In this document: positions 9,468-19,962 of the stretch, piece after piece | How positions within the stretch are numbered: position 1 is the first letter of the stretch | How the letters are laid out: the number at the start of each line of letters is the position of its first letter | Virus record (IMG/VR): IMGVR_UViG_3300037722_000435 | Location: 2,997-66,996 of that record | Direction: 5' to 3' (one strand) | From: a virus | Taxonomy: Duplodnaviria > Caudoviricetes | Length of the DNA: 64,000 nt | The notes under the pieces: model-generated | Database searches by the model: none | Told to the model about the DNA's origin: nothing | Seen by the model: the letters and a program-made list of their open reading frames with translations, nothing else | Program-made: the position numbers and the translations under genes

Positions 9468-10115
9468 ATGGCTTTTACAACCTACACAGATGTTAGACTA
9501 ATGAGTAACCTCTCTACATCAGATATTTCTAATACAGATATAACTTCTATAATTACCGAAGCAACAAGCCAACTTAATAATGATATTAATATAGGTGTAA
9601 CTAGAGAGTTTGTTAGCCCGATTGATTCGACAAGAGAAAATAAAATAGACGGAAGTAATACTGCCTATTATGTGCAAAATTGGTATGGTAAATACTTAGC
9701 AGACAGAAATAATGACGGTTCTGTAACTACTGCTGATGTGATTGTTTATCAAGTGGATTCAAATGGAACTGAAACTGTTTTAACTGTTAGTGCAGTAGAC
9801 GACGACGATTGTAAAATTACATTGAGTTCTGCTCCCAGTTCTGGTGTTCAGCTGTACATAACTTATTCATATTCATTCGTAAGACAAGGCACAGTAGATT
9901 CAAGAGTGAAATTAGCTACTACATTTTTAACTATTGCTTATTGTTATGCAAAAATAAATTGGGGAAGATCACCAAGTTTACAATTTGGTTCGACTAAAAT
10001 ATTAAGACACATGGACTCATTTAAGTTATATTATGACAGATATTTAGAAGTGATTAAACAGATACAATCCATTGGAGGTATAGTTCAGTCTGGAAGTAAT
10101 GTATGGACATTCTAA
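9468..10115 (+). CDS. Head-tail adaptor (gp6/gp15-like)
   Basis: N-terminal helical YTDVR...IITEATSQLN and C-terminal helix typical of adaptors. Gene position fits. TATA at 9439. Confidence 0.65.
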   Translation: MAFTTYTDVRLMSNLSTSDISNTDITSIITEATSQLNNDINIGVTREFVSPIDSTRENKIDGSNTAYYVQNWYGKYLADRNNDGSVTTADVIVYQVDSNGTETVLTVSAVDDDDCKITLSSAPSSGVQLYITYSYSFVRQGTVDSRVKLATTFLTIAYCYAKINWGRSPSLQFGSTKILRHMDSFKLYYDRYLEVIKQIQSIGGIVQSGSNVWTF

Positions 10116-10116
10116 A

Positions 10117-10785
10117 ATGGCTAAAGTAATGGTGGGTTTACCCATATTTAATTTTCAGGATTTGACTGTTAGAAAAACACAGCAAGAGATATTTAAAAAT
10201 TCTCCACATCAAGTGATTACCCATGAGATAGTTGGTTTTATCACAGAAAAGGCAAGACAAATAATGATTGACAATTTTTTGAAAAGCGATTGTGATTACT
10301 TTTTGAACATGGATGCAGATATTATTCCACTTAGGGATATTTCGATGGGAGATCCTTGCCCGATAGATACTTTAATCAAAGCAGACAAAGATATAGTTGG
10401 TGGAATTTATTATTTTAAGACTCCTCCCTGCCAACCAGTATATAGACCATTAAAACTACAGGAGATTTATGAATCAGAAGGAAAATTTCCTGACAAATGG
10501 GATTGGAAAGAGGAGTTAAATAAAAAAGAATTATTTAAAGTTAAGTACCTGGGGAATGGGTTTAAGTTAGTAAAAAGAGAGGTTATCAAAAAAGTTAGAG
10601 AAAAACACCAATGCCCAAACATGACAATGATTTATAATGGAGAATACTTATCCGAAGATTTTGCTTTCGATTTAAGGGTGGGCGAGTTAGGATTCACGGT
10701 GTGGGCTGATCCCTCTATTAAACTCGGACATGAGGGTAAGTATATATATACACGAGATGATTTTGAAAAGTACTATGGTAAATAA
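10117..10785 (+). CDS. GT-A/GT2-like glycosyltransferase
   Basis: VMVGLP, FLNMDADI (DxD), DIVGGIY, LGNGFKLVKREV, SEDFAF, WADPSIKLGH. Confidence 0.8.
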   Translation: MAKVMVGLPIFNFQDLTVRKTQQEIFKNSPHQVITHEIVGFITEKARQIMIDNFLKSDCDYFLNMDADIIPLRDISMGDPCPIDTLIKADKDIVGGIYYFKTPPCQPVYRPLKLQEIYESEGKFPDKWDWKEELNKKELFKVKYLGNGFKLVKREVIKKVREKHQCPNMTMIYNGEYLSEDFAFDLRVGELGFTVWADPSIKLGHEGKYIYTRDDFEKYYGK

Positions 10786-13700
10786 ACTAATTTTAGGTGT
10801 AATTTGTATGATTTTATTAGTTGTGCTTGTTTCTGGAGCAGAGTTTACTCCCCAAGGAGACATTAATCTCAGGGGGGTATATGCAATTAAAAATGCTACC
10901 AATGTAACAACTGGATATTTATGTAGTTCAACTCAGTGTTATGATGTAGACTTGTTAGGTGGAAATTTGAGTTATTACGCCGGCGGGAATTATCTTTATT
11001 TAAATGGGTCTAATTTTTTTATATTAAATGAAACCCAACTAAACACAACGATAGACAGTAGGGCAGGAGATAATTCTTCGTGGAATCAATCTCTCGCTGA
11101 CACCTTGTATGCCAAATATCAGTTTGGTTCTAATAACTTCAACGGCTCTGGGTCATTCACCACTACTAATCAAGTGGAGTCTAATCTATTTTTAGGTCCT
11201 TACTTAATAATTAATAAATCCCTAGATTTTGATTTATTAACTTCTGTAGACTTCTTGGGTAGGGTGCTTTATAGTTCAGACACGGAGGAAAACCTGACAT
11301 CAGTAGATTGGAATAATAGAAGACTTTACTCATATGATGGTGGAGCAATAGTCTTGCAATGGTCAGACCCTAATAAACTAAATATTACTACATCTCTGAT
11401 TGTCGCAGGGTATATCAATGCCACAGGGAAGATATGTTCTGACGTTGATGGGTGTATTGGAGATTCTCTGGGCACAACATATACTCACTTGAGTAACTTT
11501 ACAAACGACTTAGGATTTTATAATGAGTCTGCTATTAATTCATCTGAATTAGAACATCAATCTGATAGTAAACTTGGAATTTTAGATAGTTTTATTAATT
11601 TACTGATTGATAATAGAGTTACTCAATCATTTGTTAAGACTCTGGGTTTTTATGACAATACTGAAGTTTATAATAAAACAGAGGTTTATAACAAGACTGA
11701 AATTACAGATTTTGGTTATTTGACTACTGTAGCAAACGACTCGGTAATTATCAAGTACCAAAATGTTAGTAATCTACCTACTTGTACAGGAACACAGAAA
11801 CTGACTTTTGACGGAACAACACTTTCTTGTGCCGATGACGAAATAGGTGAACCGGGCACTGGAGATATTACTTCTGTTAATGGAAGCGGAAATTATATTT
11901 ATGGTTATACTGCCTCTGGAGATGCAATTCTTTATTTCAATGAGACATTTAATAATCAAACAATAGACTCAAGAATAGGATTGAATCCAGAAGGATTTTT
12001 AACAAGTGTAGAAGATGATAGTGTGATAATTAAATATCAAAACATTTCAAATATTCCAACTTGTGGTGGTACGGATAAACTAACATTTGATGGTACTACT
12101 CTATCTTGTGATACTGATGTTGATACAGACACCGATACTCAAAAAGGCACAAGTGGGATTTATTTATACAACGATACAAGTTTGATTTACTTCAATGAAA
12201 CACAGTTGAATATTACTATTGACAATCGTGATTCCGATACAGAATATACGGCAGGTTCTAACCTCTCGCTGGATGGCACTGTTTTCTCTTTAGATACTAC
12301 ATCAGTAAAGTCTTGGTTGGATACAATTTATGCAGGGATTGGAGATGTTTTCTCTGGAAGTTGGAATGATTTATCAGATATTCCAGCAGATATTGCAGAT
12401 GGGGATAATGACACAACTTACTCCTCTTTAAGTGAATTTAATGATGATTTGGGAAACAGGGGATATACTCATTTGACTAATTTCACAGATGATTTAGATT
12501 ACTATAATACATCTGAAGTCTACAACAAAACAGAGATAATTGCATTTGGGTATTACAATTCCACAGATTTTGTGATTACAGACTATTTCACTAAAACAGA
12601 AATACTCAACTTTAATTATTATAATTCTTCTGACTTCGATATTGATAATTACTTTACAAGCGCAGAAGTGTTAGCATTTAATTATTATAACTCAAGTGAC
12701 TTTGACATATCTGATTATTTTACATCTGCCGAGATACTAGGGTTTAATTACTACAATAGTTCAGACTTTGATATTAATGATTACTTTACCAGTACTGAAG
12801 TAATCAACTTAGGATATTTCAATTCAACAAATTTCCCATACACACATTTATCTAACTTTACAGATGACTTAGGCAATCGTGGTTATACCCATCTATCAAA
12901 CTTTACTAATGATGAAGGATTTATAACAGAAACAACCAATTTATTTAATCAAGTACTAAATACTACGAGTAATGTAACCTTCAATCGAATTAATGCCACA
13001 GATTGGACAAACGTATCTATCACAGAATCACAGATAAGTGATTTAAGTCATTTAACAGATGTTTTCATTAACGACAGTGAGTTACCTTTAGAAAACAGAA
13101 CCATAGTTTATTGTGGGAATATCACCGGAAGTACATCAGACTTATGCACAATAACAGATACAGATACAGACACACAAAAAACAACTTCTGGAAGATATAT
13201 CTACAACGACACTACTACAATTTATATTAATGAAACAGAATTAAATGAAACCATAGACTTGAGGGATGATGATACCACTTATACTGCTGGAAGTAATTTA
13301 TCTTTGGATGGCACAGTATTTAGTTTAGACACGACTTCAGTTAAAACATGGTTAGATACAATCTATCAGGCGGTTGGGAATTATTTGACTACTTCATCTA
13401 ATTTTGGTGGGGAGGTTTCAGGTACTTATGATAATATTGTTATTGGAAATGACGTTTTAGATGACCAGTATGTAGAATTAACAGACTTGCCCCTAGAAAA
13501 TCAGACTCTTTCTTACTGTGGGAACATCACTGGAGCAACTTCAGATTTATGTACTTTAGTCGATACCGACACAGACACTCAAAAAGGTACAAGTGGAAGG
13601 TATGTTTATAATGATTCTTCAACGATATATATTAATGAGTCCCAATTAAATGAAACTTATGTTACTTATACTGGAGCAGTTAATAACATTCAAATGTCTA

Positions 13701-14275
13701 GTAACTACATATACGCTCAAGATTTCTTTGCTAATGATGGATCGAGTGGTGGTTATTCTTGGTTTGGTGACACCAATACTGGAATATTCAGACCTTTAGC
13801 CGATACATTGAGATTTCAGACTGGCACTGGAGTATATCCCTTGATATTAAATAGTAGTGGATCTTATATGGAAGGTAATCTCACAGTTCAAGACAAAATT
13901 ACTTTTAGTAATGGAGAAATAATTGATAATTTAGTAGATGGATGGATTAAGATTACTGGAGGACTGAATACAACTGGTTCAGTGGAAGTTGGTGGGGATT
14001 TATTATTAAACGAACAAATTGCTTACACTTATGATCCTGCACAAGCATATATAGATTTTAGCGGTGGTGAAATAATAACAACTGTACTGTCTGAGGTTAA
14101 TGGATTCTGGAGTCTAAAAGAATCTGACATATGGTTTGATAGTGGTTTAGTTGGGGCAAGACAGGGTTTAAACGTAACTGGAAACACTTACCAAGGGCAA
14201 TTCAGAACCGAAGACAACGGAACCTGTTTAAACACATACAAGGGGGCTACGCTGATACAGTCTATCGGCTGTTGA
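10775..14275 (+). CDS. Large signal-peptide-bearing, N-x-S/T-rich repetitive fibre- or surface-like protein
   Basis: N-terminus MVNKLILGVICMILLVVLVSGA. Many sequons and internal duplicated modules. Confidence 0.75.
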   Translation: MVNKLILGVICMILLVVLVSGAEFTPQGDINLRGVYAIKNATNVTTGYLCSSTQCYDVDLLGGNLSYYAGGNYLYLNGSNFFILNETQLNTTIDSRAGDNSSWNQSLADTLYAKYQFGSNNFNGSGSFTTTNQVESNLFLGPYLIINKSLDFDLLTSVDFLGRVLYSSDTEENLTSVDWNNRRLYSYDGGAIVLQWSDPNKLNITTSLIVAGYINATGKICSDVDGCIGDSLGTTYTHLSNFTNDLGFYNESAINSSELEHQSDSKLGILDSFINLLIDNRVTQSFVKTLGFYDNTEVYNKTEVYNKTEITDFGYLTTVANDSVIIKYQNVSNLPTCTGTQKLTFDGTTLSCADDEIGEPGTGDITSVNGSGNYIYGYTASGDAILYFNETFNNQTIDSRIGLNPEGFLTSVEDDSVIIKYQNISNIPTCGGTDKLTFDGTTLSCDTDVDTDTDTQKGTSGIYLYNDTSLIYFNETQLNITIDNRDSDTEYTAGSNLSLDGTVFSLDTTSVKSWLDTIYAGIGDVFSGSWNDLSDIPADIADGDNDTTYSSLSEFNDDLGNRGYTHLTNFTDDLDYYNTSEVYNKTEIIAFGYYNSTDFVITDYFTKTEILNFNYYNSSDFDIDNYFTSAEVLAFNYYNSSDFDISDYFTSAEILGFNYYNSSDFDINDYFTSTEVINLGYFNSTNFPYTHLSNFTDDLGNRGYTHLSNFTNDEGFITETTNLFNQVLNTTSNVTFNRINATDWTNVSITESQISDLSHLTDVFINDSELPLENRTIVYCGNITGSTSDLCTITDTDTDTQKTTSGRYIYNDTTTIYINETELNETIDLRDDDTTYTAGSNLSLDGTVFSLDTTSVKTWLDTIYQAVGNYLTTSSNFGGEVSGTYDNIVIGNDVLDDQYVELTDLPLENQTLSYCGNITGATSDLCTLVDTDTDTQKGTSGRYVYNDSSTIYINESQLNETYVTYTGAVNNIQMSSNYIYAQDFFANDGSSGGYSWFGDTNTGIFRPLADTLRFQTGTGVYPLILNSSGSYMEGNLTVQDKITFSNGEIIDNLVDGWIKITGGLNTTGSVEVGGDLLLNEQIAYTYDPAQAYIDFSGGEIITTVLSEVNGFWSLKESDIWFDSGLVGARQGLNVTGNTYQGQFRTEDNGTCLNTYKGATLIQSIGC
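12530..12840 (+). repeat. About five tandem 22-aa (66-nt) repeats, FNYYNSSDFDIxDYFTSAEIL
   Basis: Visible in the translation. Copies are diverged at synonymous sites. Confidence 0.85.
13512..13578 (+). repeat. 67-bp exact repeat, copy 1 (copy 2 at 36119-36185)
   Basis: cttactgtgggaacatcactgg...gataccgacacagacac is identical in both genes. Confidence 0.92.
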
Positions 14276-14277
14276 TA

Positions 14278-17200
14278 ATGGAAAGGCGATGGTTAAAAAT
14301 TGGTGCTGGGGTTGCTGGGGGTGTAACAACAATAATAGGTTTGTTTGCTCTTTTTTCAGTTCTTTATAATTTTCAGATAATTGATTTAACTGGAAATATT
14401 ATCTGTGAAGGGACTTATGAAAACCCATGTATTTCAGAATTTGAAGTAAGAAATCCCAATGCTTATGTAGTAGATATTTATTCTAAAGACCAAGTGAAAT
14501 TAGACTTCAGCCCAGAAATTTATGATTATGCCTTATTTGTTCCTGACGGCAGATGTTCAGCAACTGGCTCATGTGCTTGTATCCTTAAAGACGACAGGAA
14601 GTTAGGATTTGAAGATTGGAGATGTATTGACTTTACTAATAAAACAAAACCAAGAAGTGATAAGGTGTATAACTTTAGATTCCCCGCTTATTCCACTACT
14701 AAATTCAGACTTGTAGGGATTAAAGAAAAACCACAAGATACTATTAAGTGGAGTTTTAGTACTAATGACAAAGAATTAGATCCTATTTGGATTGGAAAAA
14801 AGAGTAACATCAATAACAATGCTCAGATTACTTCACATCCACTATTTAATGTATCTTTTTCAAATGGGATTTTTTTTATATACGACACAGAAATAGATGT
14901 AGTAATTAATTATAGTAACCAAGTGAAACATATATCAAATGATTCATTTTCATCTCAAATCAATTTTCAAACAAATCTGATGCAAGAGTCCATTGGTAGG
15001 ATTAGGTATAACCACACCATAAATCCTGTTGAAAAATCAAATATCTACGATGTTAGATATATTTTCCCAGAAGAATGTAAATCAAGAGAACATTTGGTTG
15101 TTTGCCCTAAATTTTATTTCAATTTCTCAGAGGCAGTTATTTTACAAGACATGAACACCAGTTATCTTAATCAGACTTTAAAAATTACTGGAAATGACCT
15201 AACATTTATCGACCCAGTAATCCAAGACACTGGATCTCCAGACAACCCAAGTGGTGGTGGGCAGCCCCATATAATAAGAAATTCTACTGGTAGTCTTTTT
15301 GTTTTGTACTCCAAGGATCCTGATACATATGTTGCAATCTCGGATGATGATGGACAAACATGGCGAGATTCAGCAGACACAGGATTAGACTGTGATTTTG
15401 ATGGAAGTGAAGGTGAAGGGCAGGGTGCAGGTACAATATTAATTGATTCTAACAATACTTTACATATTATTTGTTTTAATGATGTGAATCTTGATACGCG
15501 ATCAGTATTCTCTAACGATTCAGGAGATAGTTGGTCTATCTCAGTTTTAATTTCTGATGAACACAATGCTTTAACACTCTCGGGTGCTGTGGGCCCAGAT
15601 AATGAATTAGTAGTTGCGTCATGTCCAGACTCTGACCCATCTATATTCAATTCATCTAATAATGGGCAATCTTGGTCAATCACAGACACGACCTCAGGTA
15701 GGATGGGAGAATGTAATATCAAGATCGATTCGGATGGTATGTATCATCTATCTGGATTCAGTTCTGGGGCTGATGACCTTTTTTACGCAAACACAACTAA
15801 TCCCACATCTTGGGGGGCGAGTACCACTGTAAAAAATGGGAATTTTTTGACAAATAATGGCGAGATGTCTATGGCTATAAATCCAAATGATAATGATATT
15901 TACATAATTACGCAAGAAGATGGAGATTTGGATGATATATCCTTTTTCAATTCTTCAGATGGTGTGACTTGGACAGAAACAGTAGTACCATTCTTAGCAA
16001 ACAGAGTTGCCCCAGGAGAAATAGTGTTAGGTAATGATGGAACTTTACATATAATTGCACAAGAAGGTTACACTGGTAATGTAACTTATTCTAACTCCAC
16101 AGATGGTGGGGTGACTTGGTCAAGTGCCACTTACCTGCATAACCAGAGTAATGCCATGTTCGTCGCAGTGCGGGGAGGTTTGTTGCCTACTTTTGACATT
16201 ATTGATGGGAGAATAGATTATATTTACAAGAACTCAACTGGAGAGGATATTTATTACCAAAGTTTTGTAGTCCCGTCTTATTCAGATCCAACCCAAGTTA
16301 CAGAATGTGGAAATCTCACAATAACCAATACTAATTACTACATCCAAAATGATTTAATATCGGATGGCACATGTATTTATGTAAAAGCAAATAACATTAC
16401 TCTCGAGGGAAATGGATACAATATAGACTTTTCACAAGGAGATAATGGTGTGACACTAACATCAGGTATTAATGTTGCAGGTGTGAATGATACTTTAATT
16501 AGAAATTTAACAATCAACTCATCAGATGTAGATGGAGATTCTACATTAGGGATATGGTCAGATAGTTCAGTTAATCCACCAAATAATGGTGTATGGGAAG
16601 AGATTAATATCACTGGTACAGTCATCGGATTAGATGTCGAAGGACAAAATATTACTTTGAGAAATGTTTATCTATCTAGTATAACTGATAGTGATATGGT
16701 AGTTTTTGATGGAGTAAATATAACATTCGAGAATATTACATCTACTGGTGATTTACAAACACAAAAATTTAGTTTCACCCCTGCTGAAAATGTAATAGTT
16801 AAAAATTATCATGCTAGTGGGAACAATCTAGTTTATGCTAATTTTGGGGGAGATTCAGCAGATAATATCACTATTATAGACTCGGTTCTAAATGGAGGAT
16901 TGATACTAGACGCAGATAGTATATTTACTCTAATCAACTCTACTTATTCAAGTGAAGAAGTAAACGGGGGAACTCTCACAAGGCAATGGTATTTAACTAC
17001 AAATGTCACTGATACATCTTTTAGTCCAATAAATTTAGCAAATGTCAATATCTCAAACGTTTCACAAACACCCATACTCACAGGGCAGACTACCGGCGCA
17101 GATGGGACGACAGATAAATTTACACTAATCTCGTATGTTAATAATTCTGGCACAACCACTAATCACTATCCTTACAACATAACTGGATGGAAGACAGGAT

Positions 17201-17481
17201 ATGCTACTAATTCAACAACGGAATCGCTCACAACTAATTTAATAACTCTCTTGATACTAGAAGGTACAGATACTTGTGCTTATTCAAGTGGGGATTGGAA
17301 TATAGACGCAAGCGATAATTGTGTTATCTCCTCTAGCGTAGATGTTGGTGGTAATGACATATTTTGCACAGGAAACGGCAGTTTTACAGTAAATAATAAT
17401 GTGTATATAAGTAACTGGGCGTATCGGATGTTTGAAGATGGATGTTACTATCAGTCTTTCGGAGATGGAGGGTTTAGATAG
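14278..17481 (+). CDS. Membrane-anchored protein with an Asp-box (BNR) beta-propeller and a parallel beta-helix
   Basis: N-terminal TM. About six S-x-D-x-G-x-T/S-W boxes (SDDDGQTW, SNDSGDSW, SSNNGQSW, SSDGVTW, STDGGVTW). ECGNL...NNITLEGNG beta-helix start. Confidence 0.75.
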   Translation: MERRWLKIGAGVAGGVTTIIGLFALFSVLYNFQIIDLTGNIICEGTYENPCISEFEVRNPNAYVVDIYSKDQVKLDFSPEIYDYALFVPDGRCSATGSCACILKDDRKLGFEDWRCIDFTNKTKPRSDKVYNFRFPAYSTTKFRLVGIKEKPQDTIKWSFSTNDKELDPIWIGKKSNINNNAQITSHPLFNVSFSNGIFFIYDTEIDVVINYSNQVKHISNDSFSSQINFQTNLMQESIGRIRYNHTINPVEKSNIYDVRYIFPEECKSREHLVVCPKFYFNFSEAVILQDMNTSYLNQTLKITGNDLTFIDPVIQDTGSPDNPSGGGQPHIIRNSTGSLFVLYSKDPDTYVAISDDDGQTWRDSADTGLDCDFDGSEGEGQGAGTILIDSNNTLHIICFNDVNLDTRSVFSNDSGDSWSISVLISDEHNALTLSGAVGPDNELVVASCPDSDPSIFNSSNNGQSWSITDTTSGRMGECNIKIDSDGMYHLSGFSSGADDLFYANTTNPTSWGASTTVKNGNFLTNNGEMSMAINPNDNDIYIITQEDGDLDDISFFNSSDGVTWTETVVPFLANRVAPGEIVLGNDGTLHIIAQEGYTGNVTYSNSTDGGVTWSSATYLHNQSNAMFVAVRGGLLPTFDIIDGRIDYIYKNSTGEDIYYQSFVVPSYSDPTQVTECGNLTITNTNYYIQNDLISDGTCIYVKANNITLEGNGYNIDFSQGDNGVTLTSGINVAGVNDTLIRNLTINSSDVDGDSTLGIWSDSSVNPPNNGVWEEINITGTVIGLDVEGQNITLRNVYLSSITDSDMVVFDGVNITFENITSTGDLQTQKFSFTPAENVIVKNYHASGNNLVYANFGGDSADNITIIDSVLNGGLILDADSIFTLINSTYSSEEVNGGTLTRQWYLTTNVTDTSFSPINLANVNISNVSQTPILTGQTTGADGTTDKFTLISYVNNSGTTTNHYPYNITGWKTGYATNSTTESLTTNLITLLILEGTDTCAYSSGDWNIDASDNCVISSSVDVGGNDIFCTGNGSFTVNNNVYISNWAYRMFEDGCYYQSFGDGGFR

Positions 17482-17510
17482 ATTTAAATAAATTCAAAAT
17501 ATACAATATT

Positions 17511-18143
17511 ATGGCAACTACAGAGAGTTACACAGGAGATGATTGCACAGGAAATGATGGTGGTACAAATAGAACTCTAACTCTTGATAATGATATAATT
17601 ACATTAGATAATGGACTTGCTGTTCATGTAGATGGTTATTTCTTACATCCAACTAGTGATTTCACAATCGACCATAATTCTCAAAATTCTATTATTACTT
17701 TTTTAAATGCTATATTCGATAGTCAGAAAATAACAGTTTCTTACGTGACTTCTGGAACTGCAGAAGGTACATCTGGGGAATCTGGTGTTTTACCTTTCGA
17801 TAGTCAATTATGGAATAATGAAATAGATTATTCTGGGGAAACTGTAACAATAACAGTGGTAGTTGACGACTCTTATTCTGACTATGGAGATGCAACTGAA
17901 TCTACAAGTAACACTACTAACGTAAAGGCAATGGTGAATGATTTAACTGCTGAAGAAATAAAACAAACCGAAGGTATCTTAACTGGTGGGGATAAAATAT
18001 TTTTCTTTAAAGGAAATCAAGGTAATATAACTGATGGAAACAGAGTTGTTCATGACTCAGTAACTTATGAAATAGTAAGGGTTCTAAAAAGGCAAACTGC
18101 GGGAATTACCTTTGTGCAAGAAGCATGGGGAAAGAAAACATGA
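17511..18143 (+). CDS. Head-closure (stopper)-like protein with an extra N-terminal beta domain
   Basis: C-terminal half (GDKIFFFKG...GNRVVHDSVTYEIVRV) resembles head-closure proteins. TATA at 17483. Confidence 0.6.
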   Translation: MATTESYTGDDCTGNDGGTNRTLTLDNDIITLDNGLAVHVDGYFLHPTSDFTIDHNSQNSIITFLNAIFDSQKITVSYVTSGTAEGTSGESGVLPFDSQLWNNEIDYSGETVTITVVVDDSYSDYGDATESTSNTTNVKAMVNDLTAEEIKQTEGILTGGDKIFFFKGNQGNITDGNRVVHDSVTYEIVRVLKRQTAGITFVQEAWGKKT

Positions 18144-18520
18144 GAGATGACATAATTTATATATCTGGCGCTTATACTGCACCAACTCGAGAAGAAAGAG
18201 TAAAGAATATCCAAATGGCTAGAGAGACTGCAACTAAGGTTTGGGAAGCAGGATACACAGCAATATGCCCGCACCTAAATACTGCTAATTTTGAAGATGA
18301 TTGCCAATGCACCTACCAAGATTATTTAGATGGTGATTTAGAAATTATCCGAAGATTAGACCCTAAAAAAGATGGGCTATTAATGTTAAGTAACTGGCAC
18401 CATTCTAATGGGTCAATTATTGAAAGAGATGAAGCAACTAAACTAGGTTTAAGAATTTATTATGGTATTGAAGATTTATTAAGTCAAGATAAACGTCAAT
18501 TAAGTTTATTCGAATCTTAG
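18140..18520 (+). CDS. DUF4406/DUF1937-like protein (nucleoside deoxyribosyltransferase-like fold)
   Basis: IYISGAYT...AICPHLN...YLDGDLEII...LSNWHHSNGSIIERDEA pattern. Confidence 0.7.
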   Translation: MRDDIIYISGAYTAPTREERVKNIQMARETATKVWEAGYTAICPHLNTANFEDDCQCTYQDYLDGDLEIIRRLDPKKDGLLMLSNWHHSNGSIIERDEATKLGLRIYYGIEDLLSQDKRQLSLFES

Positions 18521-18578
18521 GATACTACTCGACCTCTGCTTGCTAAGGTAGTAGCGATTTGGTTAGTAGTATCCTGAG
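18516..18578 (+). other. Long imperfect hairpin
   Basis: CTTAGGATACTACT(18516-29) pairs with AGTAGTATCCTGAG(18565-78). Inner stems are GACC/GGTT and TTGCTA/TAGCGA. Confidence 0.7.
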
Positions 18579-18712
18579 TTCCCATAGTTTTATATACTTT
18601 ATTAGTTTATAAACTTTTCCTTTTTTATAGAAAACTATATAAACTTACACTTTTATAATATTATAGATTCGGGTGAATCTACGTGCCTAAAGACACATCA
18701 CAGGAGTGAAAA

Positions 18713-19177
18713 TTGACCATTTCGAAAGCAACAATAGCTACAGATAGTTGGCAAACAATCTTTGATAGATTGGAAAGTGAAGTAACTACAGTAACAACTG
18801 ACGCAAGCGTTGTCTTTACAATTCAAACCAGATCAAGTTCTTTTCCAGATTCTCAAATTGATACTAAGTCTTCTTATCCTATTTTAATTTTAGAACCACT
18901 ATCATTAACTTGGGAAAACTTTACATTAACTAAAAAAAGTGCAAAAGGTAGATTTACTATAGATGTCTATTGTACTAATTCAGAAGCCACAGACCTATTT
19001 TTAGATAAGGTTATTAATGCAATAGAAACCCATAGGACAACTTTATTTGGTTTAGGTATGTATATAGTCCAATTAGAAGATACTAGTTATGATTCAGTAA
19101 TGAGAAATGGTTTTAAAGTACACAGGAGGGGTGCCACGTTTTCGTTCAGAATAGATTGGACTAAGACATCACCATAA
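18713..19177 (+). CDS. Tail terminator-like protein
   Basis: SSYPILILEP...FTIDVYC...LFLDKVINAIE pattern and position. GGAG RBS before TTG. Confidence 0.6.
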   Translation: MTISKATIATDSWQTIFDRLESEVTTVTTDASVVFTIQTRSSSFPDSQIDTKSSYPILILEPLSLTWENFTLTKKSAKGRFTIDVYCTNSEATDLFLDKVINAIETHRTTLFGLGMYIVQLEDTSYDSVMRNGFKVHRRGATFSFRIDWTKTSP

Positions 19178-19178
19178 A

Positions 19179-19637
19179 ATGATACAAATACAAATTAAAG
19201 GTTTAGAAAAAATTAATAACTTCTTAATAGGATTACCGAAAAATGTAGAAAAAGAGATTAATTTTACAATGAATGATTTTGCTAAATTTGTTCAAAAATC
19301 AGCTAAGTTAAGGGCCCCAAGGTTCACAGGACAATTAGCAGAGAGTATAATGGTCAAACCTAAGAAAAATCAAATAATTATTTCAGTAGAATCTCCATAT
19401 GGGGTATTTCAAGAAACCGGTTTCACCCCCCATATTATTCATAGAAATATGAATAGTCGTGCTGGATATAGAACCGGTGATTGGATGGATGCCTACGGAG
19501 TAAGAGGTAACTTTATGAAAGTTAGTAAGTTCACTCCTTTTGTATCTCCCGCTTTAGAGTCAGGATTAACTCAATTTTCAAATAAATGGGGAAATGCTGT
19601 TATGAGGGCAATAAAAAACTCTGGAGGTAAAGTCTAA
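19179..19637 (+). CDS. HK97 gp10-like neck protein
   Basis: IKGLEKI...AKLRAPRFTGQLAESI...YGVFQETG...PFVSPALE. Confidence 0.8.
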   Translation: MIQIQIKGLEKINNFLIGLPKNVEKEINFTMNDFAKFVQKSAKLRAPRFTGQLAESIMVKPKKNQIIISVESPYGVFQETGFTPHIIHRNMNSRAGYRTGDWMDAYGVRGNFMKVSKFTPFVSPALESGLTQFSNKWGNAVMRAIKNSGGKV

Positions 19638-19792
19638 TGCCTCTCCCAACGCCCATCCAAAAAGAATCAGAAACAGATTTCGTAAAGAGATTTATGAATA
19701 ATCCTGTAATGAAGGAAGAATACAAAGATGTTAAACAACGAGTAGCCGTAGCATATTCTACTTACAGAAAAGCAAAAGGAGGTAAAAAATGA
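19637..19792 (+). CDS. 51-aa phage protein (MPLPTP...FVKRFM...QRVAVAYS type)
   Basis: Read manually; not in the ORF track. TAATG overlap. The motif is typical of small phage head-associated proteins. Confidence 0.65.
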   Translation: MPLPTPIQKESETDFVKRFMNNPVMKEEYKDVKQRVAVAYSTYRKAKGGKK

Positions 19793-19956
19793 AATATAAA
19801 ATAACTAACAAATTGGAATCAAATGTTCGCTTTAATGGTATTACTTTTGGACCAAAAGAAACTAAGATACTTGAAGTAAAACCTACCTCTGATAAATTTA
19901 ATGTTGAACAGCTTGAAGAGACAGAAAAGAAGAAAACTGAAAGGAGGGATAAATAA
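19789..19956 (+). CDS. 55-aa hypothetical protein
   Basis: ATGA overlap and GGAGGT RBS. Read manually. Confidence 0.6.
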   Translation: MKYKITNKLESNVRFNGITFGPKETKILEVKPTSDKFNVEQLEETEKKKTERRDK

Positions 19957-19962
19957 TAGAAT

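Noticed and set aside
13512-13578. The 67-bp repeat pair as a DGR TR/VR
   Set aside because: The copies are identical, with no adenine-specific differences, and lie mid-gene.
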